A DNA stretch of 64,000 bases from an uncultured virus (IMG/VR IMGVR_UViG_3300028809_000010) (IMGVR_UViG_3300028809_000010); one strand, 5' to 3'. Shown: positions 20,284-28,325, counted from the first letter of the stretch. A program made the numbers and translations. The notes: generated from the sequence alone by a model not told the origin.

Positions 20284-20490
20284 CTACTCGCTTTCGGTGA
20301 GGTAGTACCGCGACCCGTCCGGCAACGGCACGACAATGGCCGACGCTGGCACGCTGGGCGGTTCGATTCCAGGGCCGCAAATGTGGTTGCCCATGGTCGC
20401 GCAGTTCCAGCCCGCGTCATCCTCGGCGATGGCGTTTGCGGTGCCCGGTGCGATGAACAGCATTGCCAGCAGGAACAGAATGGTGTGCAT
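20284..20490 (-). CDS. Small secreted protein
   Basis: Signal peptide, then EDDAGWNCATMGNHICG. Confidence 0.6.
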   Translation of the reverse strand: MHTILFLLAMLFIAPGTANAIAEDDAGWNCATMGNHICGPGIEPPSVPASAIVVPLPDGSRYYLTESE

Positions 20491-20898
20491 GACGGCCTCC
20501 AATCGGTGGTAAGTGAAGGGGATACGCGGGACCGCGCCATTGAGGTCCCTAGCCGCGCCATTGAGGTTGTATCCCTTGCGCCCTTAGTGACCTATGACGG
20601 TCGTACGCCTGTAGCGTCTAAGGGCCTTCTAGCTATGAGTTGGCGACGATCGAATAAGTGACCGTTCGGACTACCTCGCGTCGCCAATCGCCGGACGGAA
20701 CGATGATTTCGTGGTAAGCGATGACGCAAGTCCCTGCCGCGATCGCAGAGCCGGGATTGGTCGACCGGTACCACGTGGACGCGGCCACCAGTGCGGCGTG
20801 CGCGCCGGGCAGGGTGTCATGGGCCGACAGGCGGAACACAACCGGTTCGTGGTGCCGCGCGTACTCGGAGATTTGCTCGGTTCGAATGACTGTCCAGC

Positions 20899-21216
20899 TC
20901 ATCGCGCACCACCGAGAATGCGGAAAGCGTCGGCCAGCCCCTGGGGATCGTTCCTTCGCAGCAAGTTTGCCGCCATGTGGTGGCCGGACAGTCCCAGGTG
21001 GACGTCTACCGGGTTGCTCCCCACACGGAACAGCAGAGCCAGCGCTACAGGGTCGTTCCTGCGAAGCATCTCGCCGACGTTCGCGCGGATGGTGGATTGG
21101 GCGTAGCCCTTCAACGCGCGTTCGGAGTAGGCCCAGTCGAGGTTTGTGCGGGAATCCTCGGCCGTCAGATTCCATTCGTGGTCGGTGGTGTCGCTGGCCT
21201 TATCGAGAGTGATCAT
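20899..21216 (-). CDS. Hypothetical protein (probably first gene of the leftward operon)
   Basis: AGGAGGAAAG RBS. Confidence 0.6.
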   Translation of the reverse strand: MITLDKASDTTDHEWNLTAEDSRTNLDWAYSERALKGYAQSTIRANVGEMLRRNDPVALALLFRVGSNPVDVHLGLSGHHMAANLLRRNDPQGLADAFRILGGAR

Positions 21217-21504
21217 GGTTCTTTCCTCCTGGGTGTTGGTGTACGCAAATACGTGCTTTGAGCGACGCGGAGTGGAATCGAACCACTCTTTGATTGCCTG
21301 GTGCCCTAAGGCCGCGTCGAAAGTGTGAGTTGGATGGTTGGGTGGCTAGTCCAGCTTGCGACTCGCGTATGTGGCACATAGGGCCGATTAAGCCCACTTA
21401 GAGTTTCTGCGATCGCTGCCTATTGAGTTTGCCGATGTACGTGCGGAGTAAGCGTTAGGGAAGGGTGGAAATCGTCCGGCCCGCTAACCCGCCGTGAACT
21501 TCAT

Positions 21505-21602
21505 GTACACATAGTGCTCTTTAGGCGGATACGGTGTCAACACCCTTGCAAGTCACGGTACGGTAACGATCGCCTGTATGCCTAAGTCGCTGGTTTTGTC
21601 AA
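21505..21602 (-). promoter_or_regulatory. Two tandem SigA-like promoters facing the leftward small-gene array
   Basis: Two TTGACA hexamers on the minus strand (tgtcaa ending at 21540 and 21602) with weak -10 candidates about 18 bp away. Confidence 0.5.
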
Positions 21603-21779
21603 TACTTTTGCAGAAATTTCTAGTCTTTAACGTAGGAAAGTATGGGTCGTGACCTGCGGATATTCGCCAGAATCGACGAACGCAACCTAGTTGGTGTGGC
21701 TGTACCGGAGAAGCCCTTTCGTGGCTTAGGAGGCCATATAGGGCCCTTTGTGTACGTCACTGATTGGGCTGTATCCGCT

Positions 21780-22095
21780 GTATGTGGCTACCTGTGTGCA
21801 CCATGCATACACGCACCCCCGTATACGCATACCTATGTGTACATACTACCTATGTGTATGCATAGTATGTACATACACACACAGTATGCATACACATACA
21901 TTGCATAGTTCAACTATCTAGAACACACACTATCTACATGAACACAATCTATTAGATCACTATCACACACCATGATCATCTGCATATGAACCATTGTATA
22001 TGCATAGTATGTATGCGCATACAGCCAAGCGATGTGCAGAGTACACACGCCGCATCGCACCCCGATCACTCGCGCAGACATGCACACACACCACC
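21780..22095. repeat. AT-richer alternating purine/pyrimidine tract (ATGCATA, CACACA, TATGTG units)
   Basis: Directly visible low-complexity non-coding sequence that contrasts with the GC-rich coding DNA. Confidence 0.8.
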
Positions 22096-22536
22096 CGATG
22101 TCAAGAGTGAGGTTGCGCCGGTGCTCGTGCGAGCTTGCCAGCCTCTGCACTCCGGCGAGATCTCGATGTGTGCCTGCCACGGATTGGCCATCGACGCTCG
22201 CACGCGCTCGCCGAAGCCACCTCGAGCCTTGCTGATCTCACAGCCGAGAAATGTCTGGCAATCGGACGCCGAGTGTCACACCAAGATCGTCCCCAAATAG
22301 CCTACCCCCCTAGGGTTTACGGGTATGGGGGGGTATACCCGGTATGGGTAATCGTCAAGAAAGGTTGACGCCGCCTCGCGCCTTTTCCCTCTCTATTCAA
22401 AAAAGTGCTCTGACCTGCGGTTTTGCGAGGAATTTCGCGGATGTCGACTCGTTTTTCGCCGAGTGCGCCTTCGAAATTGATGCCCGGCCGCGCATACCCC
22501 CCCGGAAAATTCACGCGGCCGGACATACCCCCCCAA

Positions 22537-23997
22537 TTATCGCTTGGCGACCGAGTCGAGAATGGAGGTGGTGAGGGCCTGGCGGTCGGGGGCAATGGAC
22601 ACCACGTCGATCGCGACTTTGCCGGGAGTGCGCTTTCCTGCCCCGAGCCTCTGCATGGTGATCTTCACGCTGAGCCGGAGGAGCGCTCGTTTGTCGACGA
22701 GTTCCATGTCACCCCAGATCAGGAGCGCGTCCCGAGCCAGGACATCCAACAGCGGCGAGATGAGTGCGGCCTTGCGCTGGGTTTCCAGGTCGGCGATCTG
22801 GGGGAGGAGTTCGGCCTCGGCGTCGACGAGAGAGGCCACCGACAGTTTCCCCTGCTTGGCGTACGTCCTGTATTCCTCGAGCCGCTTCTTCAGGGCGTTG
22901 AGCTCGGTCTCGATAAGAACCAGCCCGGCGTCCGGCGGCGGCACATCTTCGTCGATATCGAACAGAACCGTATCGGCTTTCCAACCAGCGATGATCTCCC
23001 GGACGCGGTCGGTGACGTATTTGTCGGAGTCGTCGGCCCGGCGCGTGAGGCATCCGTTGGTGCGGCAGACGTAGCGCCCCCCTCGGCCACGGTTCTGCCA
23101 GCAGACAGGCTCGCCGCACACTCCGCAGACCATGATGTTCGTCAGTAGGTGCTCGGGATGCTTGCCCCGGGGCTCCGCCAGTTTGTTTCCCTCGATCCTC
23201 GCGACGAGCTGCTGGTGCTGGTCCTCGGTGATGATGGCAGGCCAGGTCCCCTTAGACACGACCTCTCCGTAAAGAGTGCGGAGCCCGGCGATCTTCGGTC
23301 GGATCAGGACTTGCCGGATCGTGGTGATCGTCCAGGACCCTTCCTTCTGCGCGCGGGGGACTCCTCTCGCCGTCCACTCCCGCTGCACCGCCCGCAACCG
23401 CCCACCGGCAAGGATGTGATCGACGGCCCAGCGGATCGCGTCGGCGGCAATCGGGTCCTCCTGCCACGTCCAGGTGCCGTCGGGCTCGTAGACCTTCTGG
23501 TAGCCGAATCCGAGCTTGGCGTGGGGGTTGCCAGAGAGGGCGCGCTTGCGGATGTCTCGCTTGATCCGGTCGGAGAGCTGGTCGCTTTCGTGTTCGTTGA
23601 CGACGGCCTTGATGCCGGTGGACAGCCGCGCGTTCGTGTCGGTGAGGTCCAGGAGCTCGCCACCGGAGCACAGCAGCACCCCCCGCTCGACACAGAGGTC
23701 CCGGAGTTCGACCCACTCCTTCAGGCGGCGGGAGGTGCGGGACTGCTCCCAGATGACCAGGACGTCACCGGGCTGGAGTACGGTCAGCAGCCGCTTGTAG
23801 CCGGGGCGGTCCTTCGCGGCGAATCGGCTGGCGCTGGTGTCGTCGGTGATCTCCGGTCCGGGGGTCCAGCCGTTGGTGGCGATGACGTCACGCCCGACCT
23901 CGAGCTGCTGGGGGACCGAGCACTTCTTGCCGCCCTTGCTGTCGCTGACTCGGGCGTAGAGGACAGCGCGGCGGGTGCGGGCAGTGGTGGGCTTCAT
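22537..23997 (-). CDS. int: Large serine recombinase (integrase)
   Basis: YARVS catalytic Ser, SRTSR, FGY recombinase domain, Zn ribbon CGVC...C...C, coiled coil. Confidence 0.95.
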   Translation of the reverse strand: MKPTTARTRRAVLYARVSDSKGGKKCSVPQQLEVGRDVIATNGWTPGPEITDDTSASRFAAKDRPGYKRLLTVLQPGDVLVIWEQSRTSRRLKEWVELRDLCVERGVLLCSGGELLDLTDTNARLSTGIKAVVNEHESDQLSDRIKRDIRKRALSGNPHAKLGFGYQKVYEPDGTWTWQEDPIAADAIRWAVDHILAGGRLRAVQREWTARGVPRAQKEGSWTITTIRQVLIRPKIAGLRTLYGEVVSKGTWPAIITEDQHQQLVARIEGNKLAEPRGKHPEHLLTNIMVCGVCGEPVCWQNRGRGGRYVCRTNGCLTRRADDSDKYVTDRVREIIAGWKADTVLFDIDEDVPPPDAGLVLIETELNALKKRLEEYRTYAKQGKLSVASLVDAEAELLPQIADLETQRKAALISPLLDVLARDALLIWGDMELVDKRALLRLSVKITMQRLGAGKRTPGKVAIDVVSIAPDRQALTTSILDSVAKR

Positions 23998-24011
23998 GGG
24001 TGGCCTCCGTG

Positions 24012-24061
24012 GGGTACGTATTAAAAATGCTAGTGCAGATGAAGGTAATTAATACGTACCC
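24012..24061. other. Candidate attP
   Basis: Perfect 13-bp inverted arms GGGTACGTATTAA / TTAATACGTACCC around a 24-bp spacer (50 bp total, central CA), next to the integrase start. Confidence 0.75.
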
Positions 24062-24222
24062 TTGCCCACTCACGTCAACGATTCTTCCACCCGGCCTCGA
24101 TCACGGGGGCGCCCGGGGGGATCGGGAGGGCTGTGACCTGGGGAAACGTCTGCGGCGTCTAGCCGGGTCGACAAGGGGAGGGGTACTGTACATCTACCCG
24201 CTGAGCCCCGAGGAGCCCCGAG

Positions 24223-25008
24223 TTGAGCCGACTGCTGTACGGATACCGCCGGACGGAGACTGGTGTCGAACCGGTCCCGGAGGAGGCGCGTGTCGTGCAG
24301 GAGATCTTCGAGGAGTTCCTGGCTGGGACGAAGGTGCAGCGGATCGCTCAGTCCTTGGCGAAGCGCGATCTGCGGGGCCGCCGGGGAGGACTGTTCACCA
24401 GCCCGCAGGTGCACCGCATCCTCCGCCAAGCGACGTACGCCGGTGCCGACGAGGGGTGCCCCGCTCTGGTCTCGCAGGCCGTCTTCGATGCCGCCCAGGA
24501 GAAGCTGGACAGTCCGGAGCGACAGAGCTTCGAGAGGGGGCAGCCTCCGGCGCATCTGCTGACGGGGATTGCCCGGTGCGGGGTGTGCGGCGCGGGGATG
24601 AAACGCTCGAGCCGGGGCAGCAGACAGCCCGACACCTACGCCTGCCCGAGCCTGGATCGCAGCACCCCCCACCCCGCGCGAGAGATGGCCTTCGTCGACG
24701 AGCTGGTGACGGAGACGCTGTTCTACATGATCAATACGGATCACTTCGCCGAGGTGCTGGGGGCGGCCGTGGAGAAGCGGGCCCGACAGAAAGCGCTGCT
24801 GGGCCGGGCCCCCGATTCGCCGCTGATCGACCTGGCCGAAGCGACAGACCCGCGCCAGGCATGGGAGGACCGTCCGCTGGAGTGGAAGCGGAGCCTCCTC
24901 AAGGACACCTTCCGCATCACGATCCTGACGGTGCCGAAGGAGAAGAAAGGTCGACACAACGGGCTCGATCCGCAGTTCGTGGACATCAGGTGGGCGGAAG
25001 GTGTGTAG
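24223..25008 (+). CDS. Serine recombinase DNA-binding domains only (recombinase plus Zn ribbon; no catalytic domain)
   Basis: YGY...EEARVVQEIF...YAG...ALVS...HLLTGIARCGVCG...YAC; GAGGAG RBS; no YxRxS N-terminal domain. Confidence 0.85.
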   Translation: MSRLLYGYRRTETGVEPVPEEARVVQEIFEEFLAGTKVQRIAQSLAKRDLRGRRGGLFTSPQVHRILRQATYAGADEGCPALVSQAVFDAAQEKLDSPERQSFERGQPPAHLLTGIARCGVCGAGMKRSSRGSRQPDTYACPSLDRSTPHPAREMAFVDELVTETLFYMINTDHFAEVLGAAVEKRARQKALLGRAPDSPLIDLAEATDPRQAWEDRPLEWKRSLLKDTFRITILTVPKEKKGRHNGLDPQFVDIRWAEGV

Positions 25009-25010
25009 CG

Positions 25011-25364
25011 ATGTACAAGACCGAGAAGGCGATGTGGGCGTGGCTGAGCAACTACTGGCGCGCCCTGGCGGAGATGTTTTCGACGTACCGGGAGCGGCGG
25101 GCCGGTAGGTTCCTGAAGGCGGCCCCCAAGCGCTTGGAGGGGGAGGGCGTCATCGGCTACGGAGCTGCATGGCCGAAGCGGGTGGCGCAGCGTCAGGGCG
25201 TTTCTATCGGAATGGAGCTTGGCATGTTGCTGCGCGTTTTGATCGGTCTGGTCGCCGCCGTCGGCATTGCGGTCGCCATCGTCGGCCTGTCTTCGTACCA
25301 CTGGGCGTCGTACCGATTCCGGCCGAAGCAGCGCGACGAGGACTGGCCGACAACCGTAGTGTGA
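25011..25364 (+). CDS. Membrane protein
   Basis: Long C-terminal hydrophobic helix. Confidence 0.55.
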   Translation: MYKTEKAMWAWLSNYWRALAEMFSTYRERRAGRFLKAAPKRLEGEGVIGYGAAWPKRVAQRQGVSIGMELGMLLRVLIGLVAAVGIAVAIVGLSSYHWASYRFRPKQRDEDWPTTVV

Positions 25365-25454
25365 CGATTTGCACTTTCAGGTTGAAGCCTGATCTCGAGT
25401 AGGCTCGCGCCGGAGGCACTTCTACGCCAATTAATGGACGCCTCCGGAATCTAA

Positions 25455-25492
25455 CTCCCCGCCGTCATCCGTGACTGGCGGGGATTTCTTTT
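25455..25492 (+). terminator. Intrinsic terminator
   Basis: tccccgcc...ggcgggga followed by tttctttt. Confidence 0.6.
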
Positions 25493-25663
25493 GGTCGTGT
25501 CGGCCCGCCTGCACTGGCGATCGGCTGACACAAGCAGCCCCGGTTGGGTAATTCCTCGCCCCGCGCTTTCATGGGTGGTTTCGCGGTCGAGCTTGAGGTA
25601 CCAACCGGGGCTTTGTCGTGCCCGGATGCCATGAGTCCGGGATGAGTAAAAGCAGGTCCCGCA

Positions 25664-26629
25664 ATGCGAAAGATCTCAGTAGTTCTACTGTGCGCCGCCG
25701 CAATTCCCGTCACCGCCCTCACCGGCACCGCCCACGCCGAGGAAGCTCCCGATTGCCGGGACGTGGTCATCGGGGTCGGCGGCAATGGCCAGCGCTACGC
25801 CGAAAGCAAGGGCGCACGCACGATCATCACCGACATTCTGGCGGACAAGGACGCCGAGGGTTACCGGACCGAGAATGTCGATTACACGAGCTCTGTCTGG
25901 CCGACCGGTCCGTACACCAAGGACTACTCGGTCGAAGAGGGCCGGGCCGAACTGGATCGGGAGATCGCCGAATACCGGGCCGAGTGCCCGAACGGCGAGG
26001 TAACCGTCATCGGCCATTCCCTCGGCGCGGAAGTGGTGGAGACACCCGACGCCGAGCACACCATTCTCCTGGGCGACCCGAGGGACCAGCAAGGTATATA
26101 CAACGCGCTCCCCGGCGTATTCCCAGGTGCCTCCAATCCCGGCTCGCGAGATGCCGAAGCGGAAGGGGCGGTGAGTGTCTGCCGCGAGTTCGACGGCATT
26201 TGCGACACCGCCGCCCCCTGGAGTGACCCGGCCAAGTTCGTGCAGGGCACCGCAGGCTATCTGATGGGCTGGCACGGCTACTCCCCGGAGGAAGTCGACC
26301 AGTATCAGGGTGCAGCGCCGGGTGAATACCTGATCGACGCACCCAAGCCGATCGAGTGGCTGCCGGAGTCGACGCCGACGGGAATCCCGGCAGCGCCGGA
26401 GCTGAGCCTGCCGGAAATCGCCCCGCCGGTCCCACTGCCGTCTGCTCAGGATTTCTACCCGCTCGAGCAGCTGGGCCAGCCGTACACGCCGACGCCGCTG
26501 GAGGAATACATCCCCGAGTGGGTCGAGCCGGTGCTGCCGCAGGAAGTCCTGAACTACGTGCCTCCGGCGCCCGAGCAGGTTTTCGTTCTGCCGCCCGCGC
26601 CGGAGTTCCACATCCCGGGGCTGTTCTGA
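25664..26629 (+). CDS. Secreted cutinase/PE-PPE-like serine esterase with Pro-rich tail
   Basis: Signal peptide (AHA), GHSLG nucleophile, LLGDP, C..FDGICD and WHGY. Confidence 0.85.
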   Translation: MRKISVVLLCAAAIPVTALTGTAHAEEAPDCRDVVIGVGGNGQRYAESKGARTIITDILADKDAEGYRTENVDYTSSVWPTGPYTKDYSVEEGRAELDREIAEYRAECPNGEVTVIGHSLGAEVVETPDAEHTILLGDPRDQQGIYNALPGVFPGASNPGSRDAEAEGAVSVCREFDGICDTAAPWSDPAKFVQGTAGYLMGWHGYSPEEVDQYQGAAPGEYLIDAPKPIEWLPESTPTGIPAAPELSLPEIAPPVPLPSAQDFYPLEQLGQPYTPTPLEEYIPEWVEPVLPQEVLNYVPPAPEQVFVLPPAPEFHIPGLF

Positions 26630-26994
26630 TGTTCGACTTGAGCAGTCCGGTCTCTCACATGTGCTTTGATGCCGTCGACGGACTCCGGGTGATAGTCGTG
26701 CTGCCCAGTTTCAGCTCGGAGGAAGCGACGCTCGGATCACTCAAGGAAATGATCGAGCAGGTTCGGGAGCTTTCCCCTAATGCGATCGAGTCGGTGAGCT
26801 GCTCGTACCCGAGGCGGTACGTGAAGTTCACGTCGGGTGGCGAGATCATATTCCTGAGCGAGCAGAGCAGAGGGAGTGGACGCGGGCTCTCTGGGGATCG
26901 CCTGTACATCCGCCACGGCGTATCGGAAGAGACTCGCCGGTCCATGCTCCCCGTGGTCTGCGCGCGCCCAGGTGGCATGATCACCTACTTCTAG
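26629..26994 (+). CDS. Mini-protein resembling a degenerate terminase ATPase core
   Basis: Colinear by eye with TerL from GERLII to ARPNPQMIY (IEQ, VS.S, SG..I.F, G.GRG..D, P.V.ARP); no Walker A and no Walker B DE. Confidence 0.65.
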   Translation: MFDLSSPVSHMCFDAVDGLRVIVVLPSFSSEEATLGSLKEMIEQVRELSPNAIESVSCSYPRRYVKFTSGGEIIFLSEQSRGSGRGLSGDRLYIRHGVSEETRRSMLPVVCARPGGMITYF

Positions 26995-27138
26995 ATTTGC
27001 CGGAACATCGAGGGGCCAGACAGTCCTAGGAACTCGAGAACCGGAAGTCGGGAGCGGTACTGCCAGGCGGACAGCGGGGGTTGGCCCCGTGTAGTCACCT
27101 GAATGCAGCATTGCCCCGGCGGTACAACTGAATAGGTC

Positions 27139-27210
27139 GTCTCACAGCAAAAGGGGCCAAGCGTCCGTTGATCGCGGTGCGCAGGCGGGGTTCAAGTCCC
27201 CGGTGAGACA
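27139..27210 (+). ncRNA. tRNA-like element (degenerate; possible GAT anticodon)
   Basis: Acceptor GTCTCAC/GTGAGAC and T arm CGGGG-TTCAAGT-CCCCG; weak D and anticodon arms. Confidence 0.55.
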
Positions 27211-27434
27211 CAAAGCGTGGGGTAGCTCCCTGCGCTGGTGATGACAGAGTGTGCAGGCTGATGCGCGACCGGGCCTGCAATGTGCGCGATATCAGGACCC
27301 TGACAGCCCTGTGGGTGTTTACGGGATGGCTTAGCGGCCGGAAACTGATGCCTCAGCGGGCAAAGTCGCGGCGCCGGGTACATAGCCTTACGGTCCATGC
27401 CCCGGTCGGAGCCTAGGAAACTCCTCACCACCCT

Positions 27435-27507
27435 TGGTCTGTAGCTCAGAGGACAGAGCACCGGTCTACGAAGCCGGGTGTCGCAGGTTCGACTCCTGCC
27501 AGATCAG
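27435..27507 (+). tRNA. tRNA-Arg(ACG)
   Basis: Canonical cloverleaf; CCGGT-CTACGAA-GCCGG. Confidence 0.9.
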
Positions 27508-27595
27508 CAAACGAACCCTCGGAATGTGCGCACGACCTCCGGGGTAGTAGGGATCAGCCCACGCCTCTCGAAGAAGCGAACCTCGGGCTGGATTC

Positions 27596-27681
27596 GGAAG
27601 GTGCCGCTGAATGGTCGGCAACCGGTGTCGAATACCGGGGTGGGGTAAAACCCAGGGGTTCGATCCCTCCACCTTCCTCCA
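27596..27681 (+). tRNA. tRNA-Ser(CGA)
   Basis: GGAAGGT/ACCTTCC acceptor, long variable arm, loop GTCGAAT, encoded CCA. Confidence 0.85.
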
Positions 27682-27682
27682 C

Positions 27683-27747
27683 GCCCCAACGGGTTGCTAG
27701 CGGCCACTTGATCAACGGCCGTGCTCGGGTTCGAATCCCGAGGGGGC
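27683..27747 (+). ncRNA. Truncated tRNA-like element
   Basis: GCCCC/GGGGC stem, T arm TCGGG-TTCGAAT-CCCGA, 11-nt anticodon-like loop, no D arm. Confidence 0.45.
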
Positions 27748-27750
27748 TCT

Positions 27751-27834
27751 GGAAGACAAATCGGCCGGGGGCCGAGCCGCGTTGCTAGCGCGTACGGGCA
27801 CTTGATGTCTGGGGTTCGAGACCTCTGTCTTCCG
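27751..27834 (+). tRNA. tRNA-Ser(GCT)
   Basis: GGAAGAC/GTCTTCC-G acceptor, loop TTGCTAG, long variable arm. Confidence 0.8.
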
Positions 27835-27837
27835 CAA

Positions 27838-27917
27838 CGGGGTGACCTCTTGGTAGAGGGAGCGGCCTGTAAAGCCGTGGCCGTAGTGCATTGGTGGTTC
27901 GACTCCATCCGCCCTGA
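27838..27917 (+). tRNA. tRNA-Tyr(GTA)
   Basis: GCGGC-CTGTAAA-GCCGT, long variable arm, discriminator A. Confidence 0.8.
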
Positions 27918-27919
27918 CT

Positions 27920-27995
27920 GTGGCCGAAGCTGAAGCGGATAAGCGCCCGGTTGTGGTCCGGGTAGTAGTGGGTTCGAGTCCCACCGGCCACCCCA
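27920..27995 (+). tRNA. tRNA-His(GTG)
   Basis: CCCGG-TTGTGGT-CCGGG, discriminator C, encoded CCA. Confidence 0.85.
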
Positions 27996-28046
27996 TCTCG
28001 CTTGTCCAATACATGCAGTTATCGCTATGAATGCATGGGAGGCCGA

Positions 28047-28325
28047 ATGTCGATCCCCGGCCGGAACACCCCGGAATGGCGAGCGCTGTGTAAGCGGCTC
28101 AAGCGGGAGCTCCCGAACATCTGCTGGGTCTGCGGCAACGAGATCGACCTCTCCCTGTCCGGCCGCGACAAGTGGGGCTGGAGCCTCGACCACGTCCGGA
28201 AGCTGTCCCTGCACCCGGAGCTCGCCGAAGACGAATCCAATCTCCGCCCGGCTCATATGTGGTGCAACGCAACCCGAGGTGAGGGCGTACACGGCTACGT
28301 CAACGGCTCACAGAAGTGGGGATAG
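28047..28325 (+). CDS. HNH endonuclease (packaging-associated type)
   Basis: CWVCG...LDH...NLRPAHMWCN. Confidence 0.9.
   Translation: MSIPGRNTPEWRALCKRLKRELPNICWVCGNEIDLSLSGRDKWGWSLDHVRKLSLHPELAEDESNLRPAHMWCNATRGEGVHGYVNGSQKWG

Noticed and set aside
17497..20618. CRISPR array or integron attC array
   Set aside because: The spacers are whole genes of variable length, the repeats are RBS-linked and non-palindromic, and there are no cas genes or tyrosine integrase.
21642..22368. ORFs across the low-complexity tract
   Set aside because: His/Tyr/Met/Cys-biased translations of repetitive DNA with atypical codon usage.
24000..25010. N-terminal part of the 454-aa ORF 24000-25364
   Set aside because: It overlaps attP and the recombinase-domain gene in another frame; the real start is probably 25011.
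25500..25660. c-di-AMP (ydaO) riboswitch ahead of the esterase
   Set aside because: The region is structured, but I could not find the consensus motifs by eye.
26995..27600. tmRNA, hammerhead or HDV-like ribozymes near the tRNAs
   Set aside because: No tmRNA termini, complete CUGAUGA/GAAA core or HDV-type pattern identified by eye; a covariance-model search is needed to exclude them.
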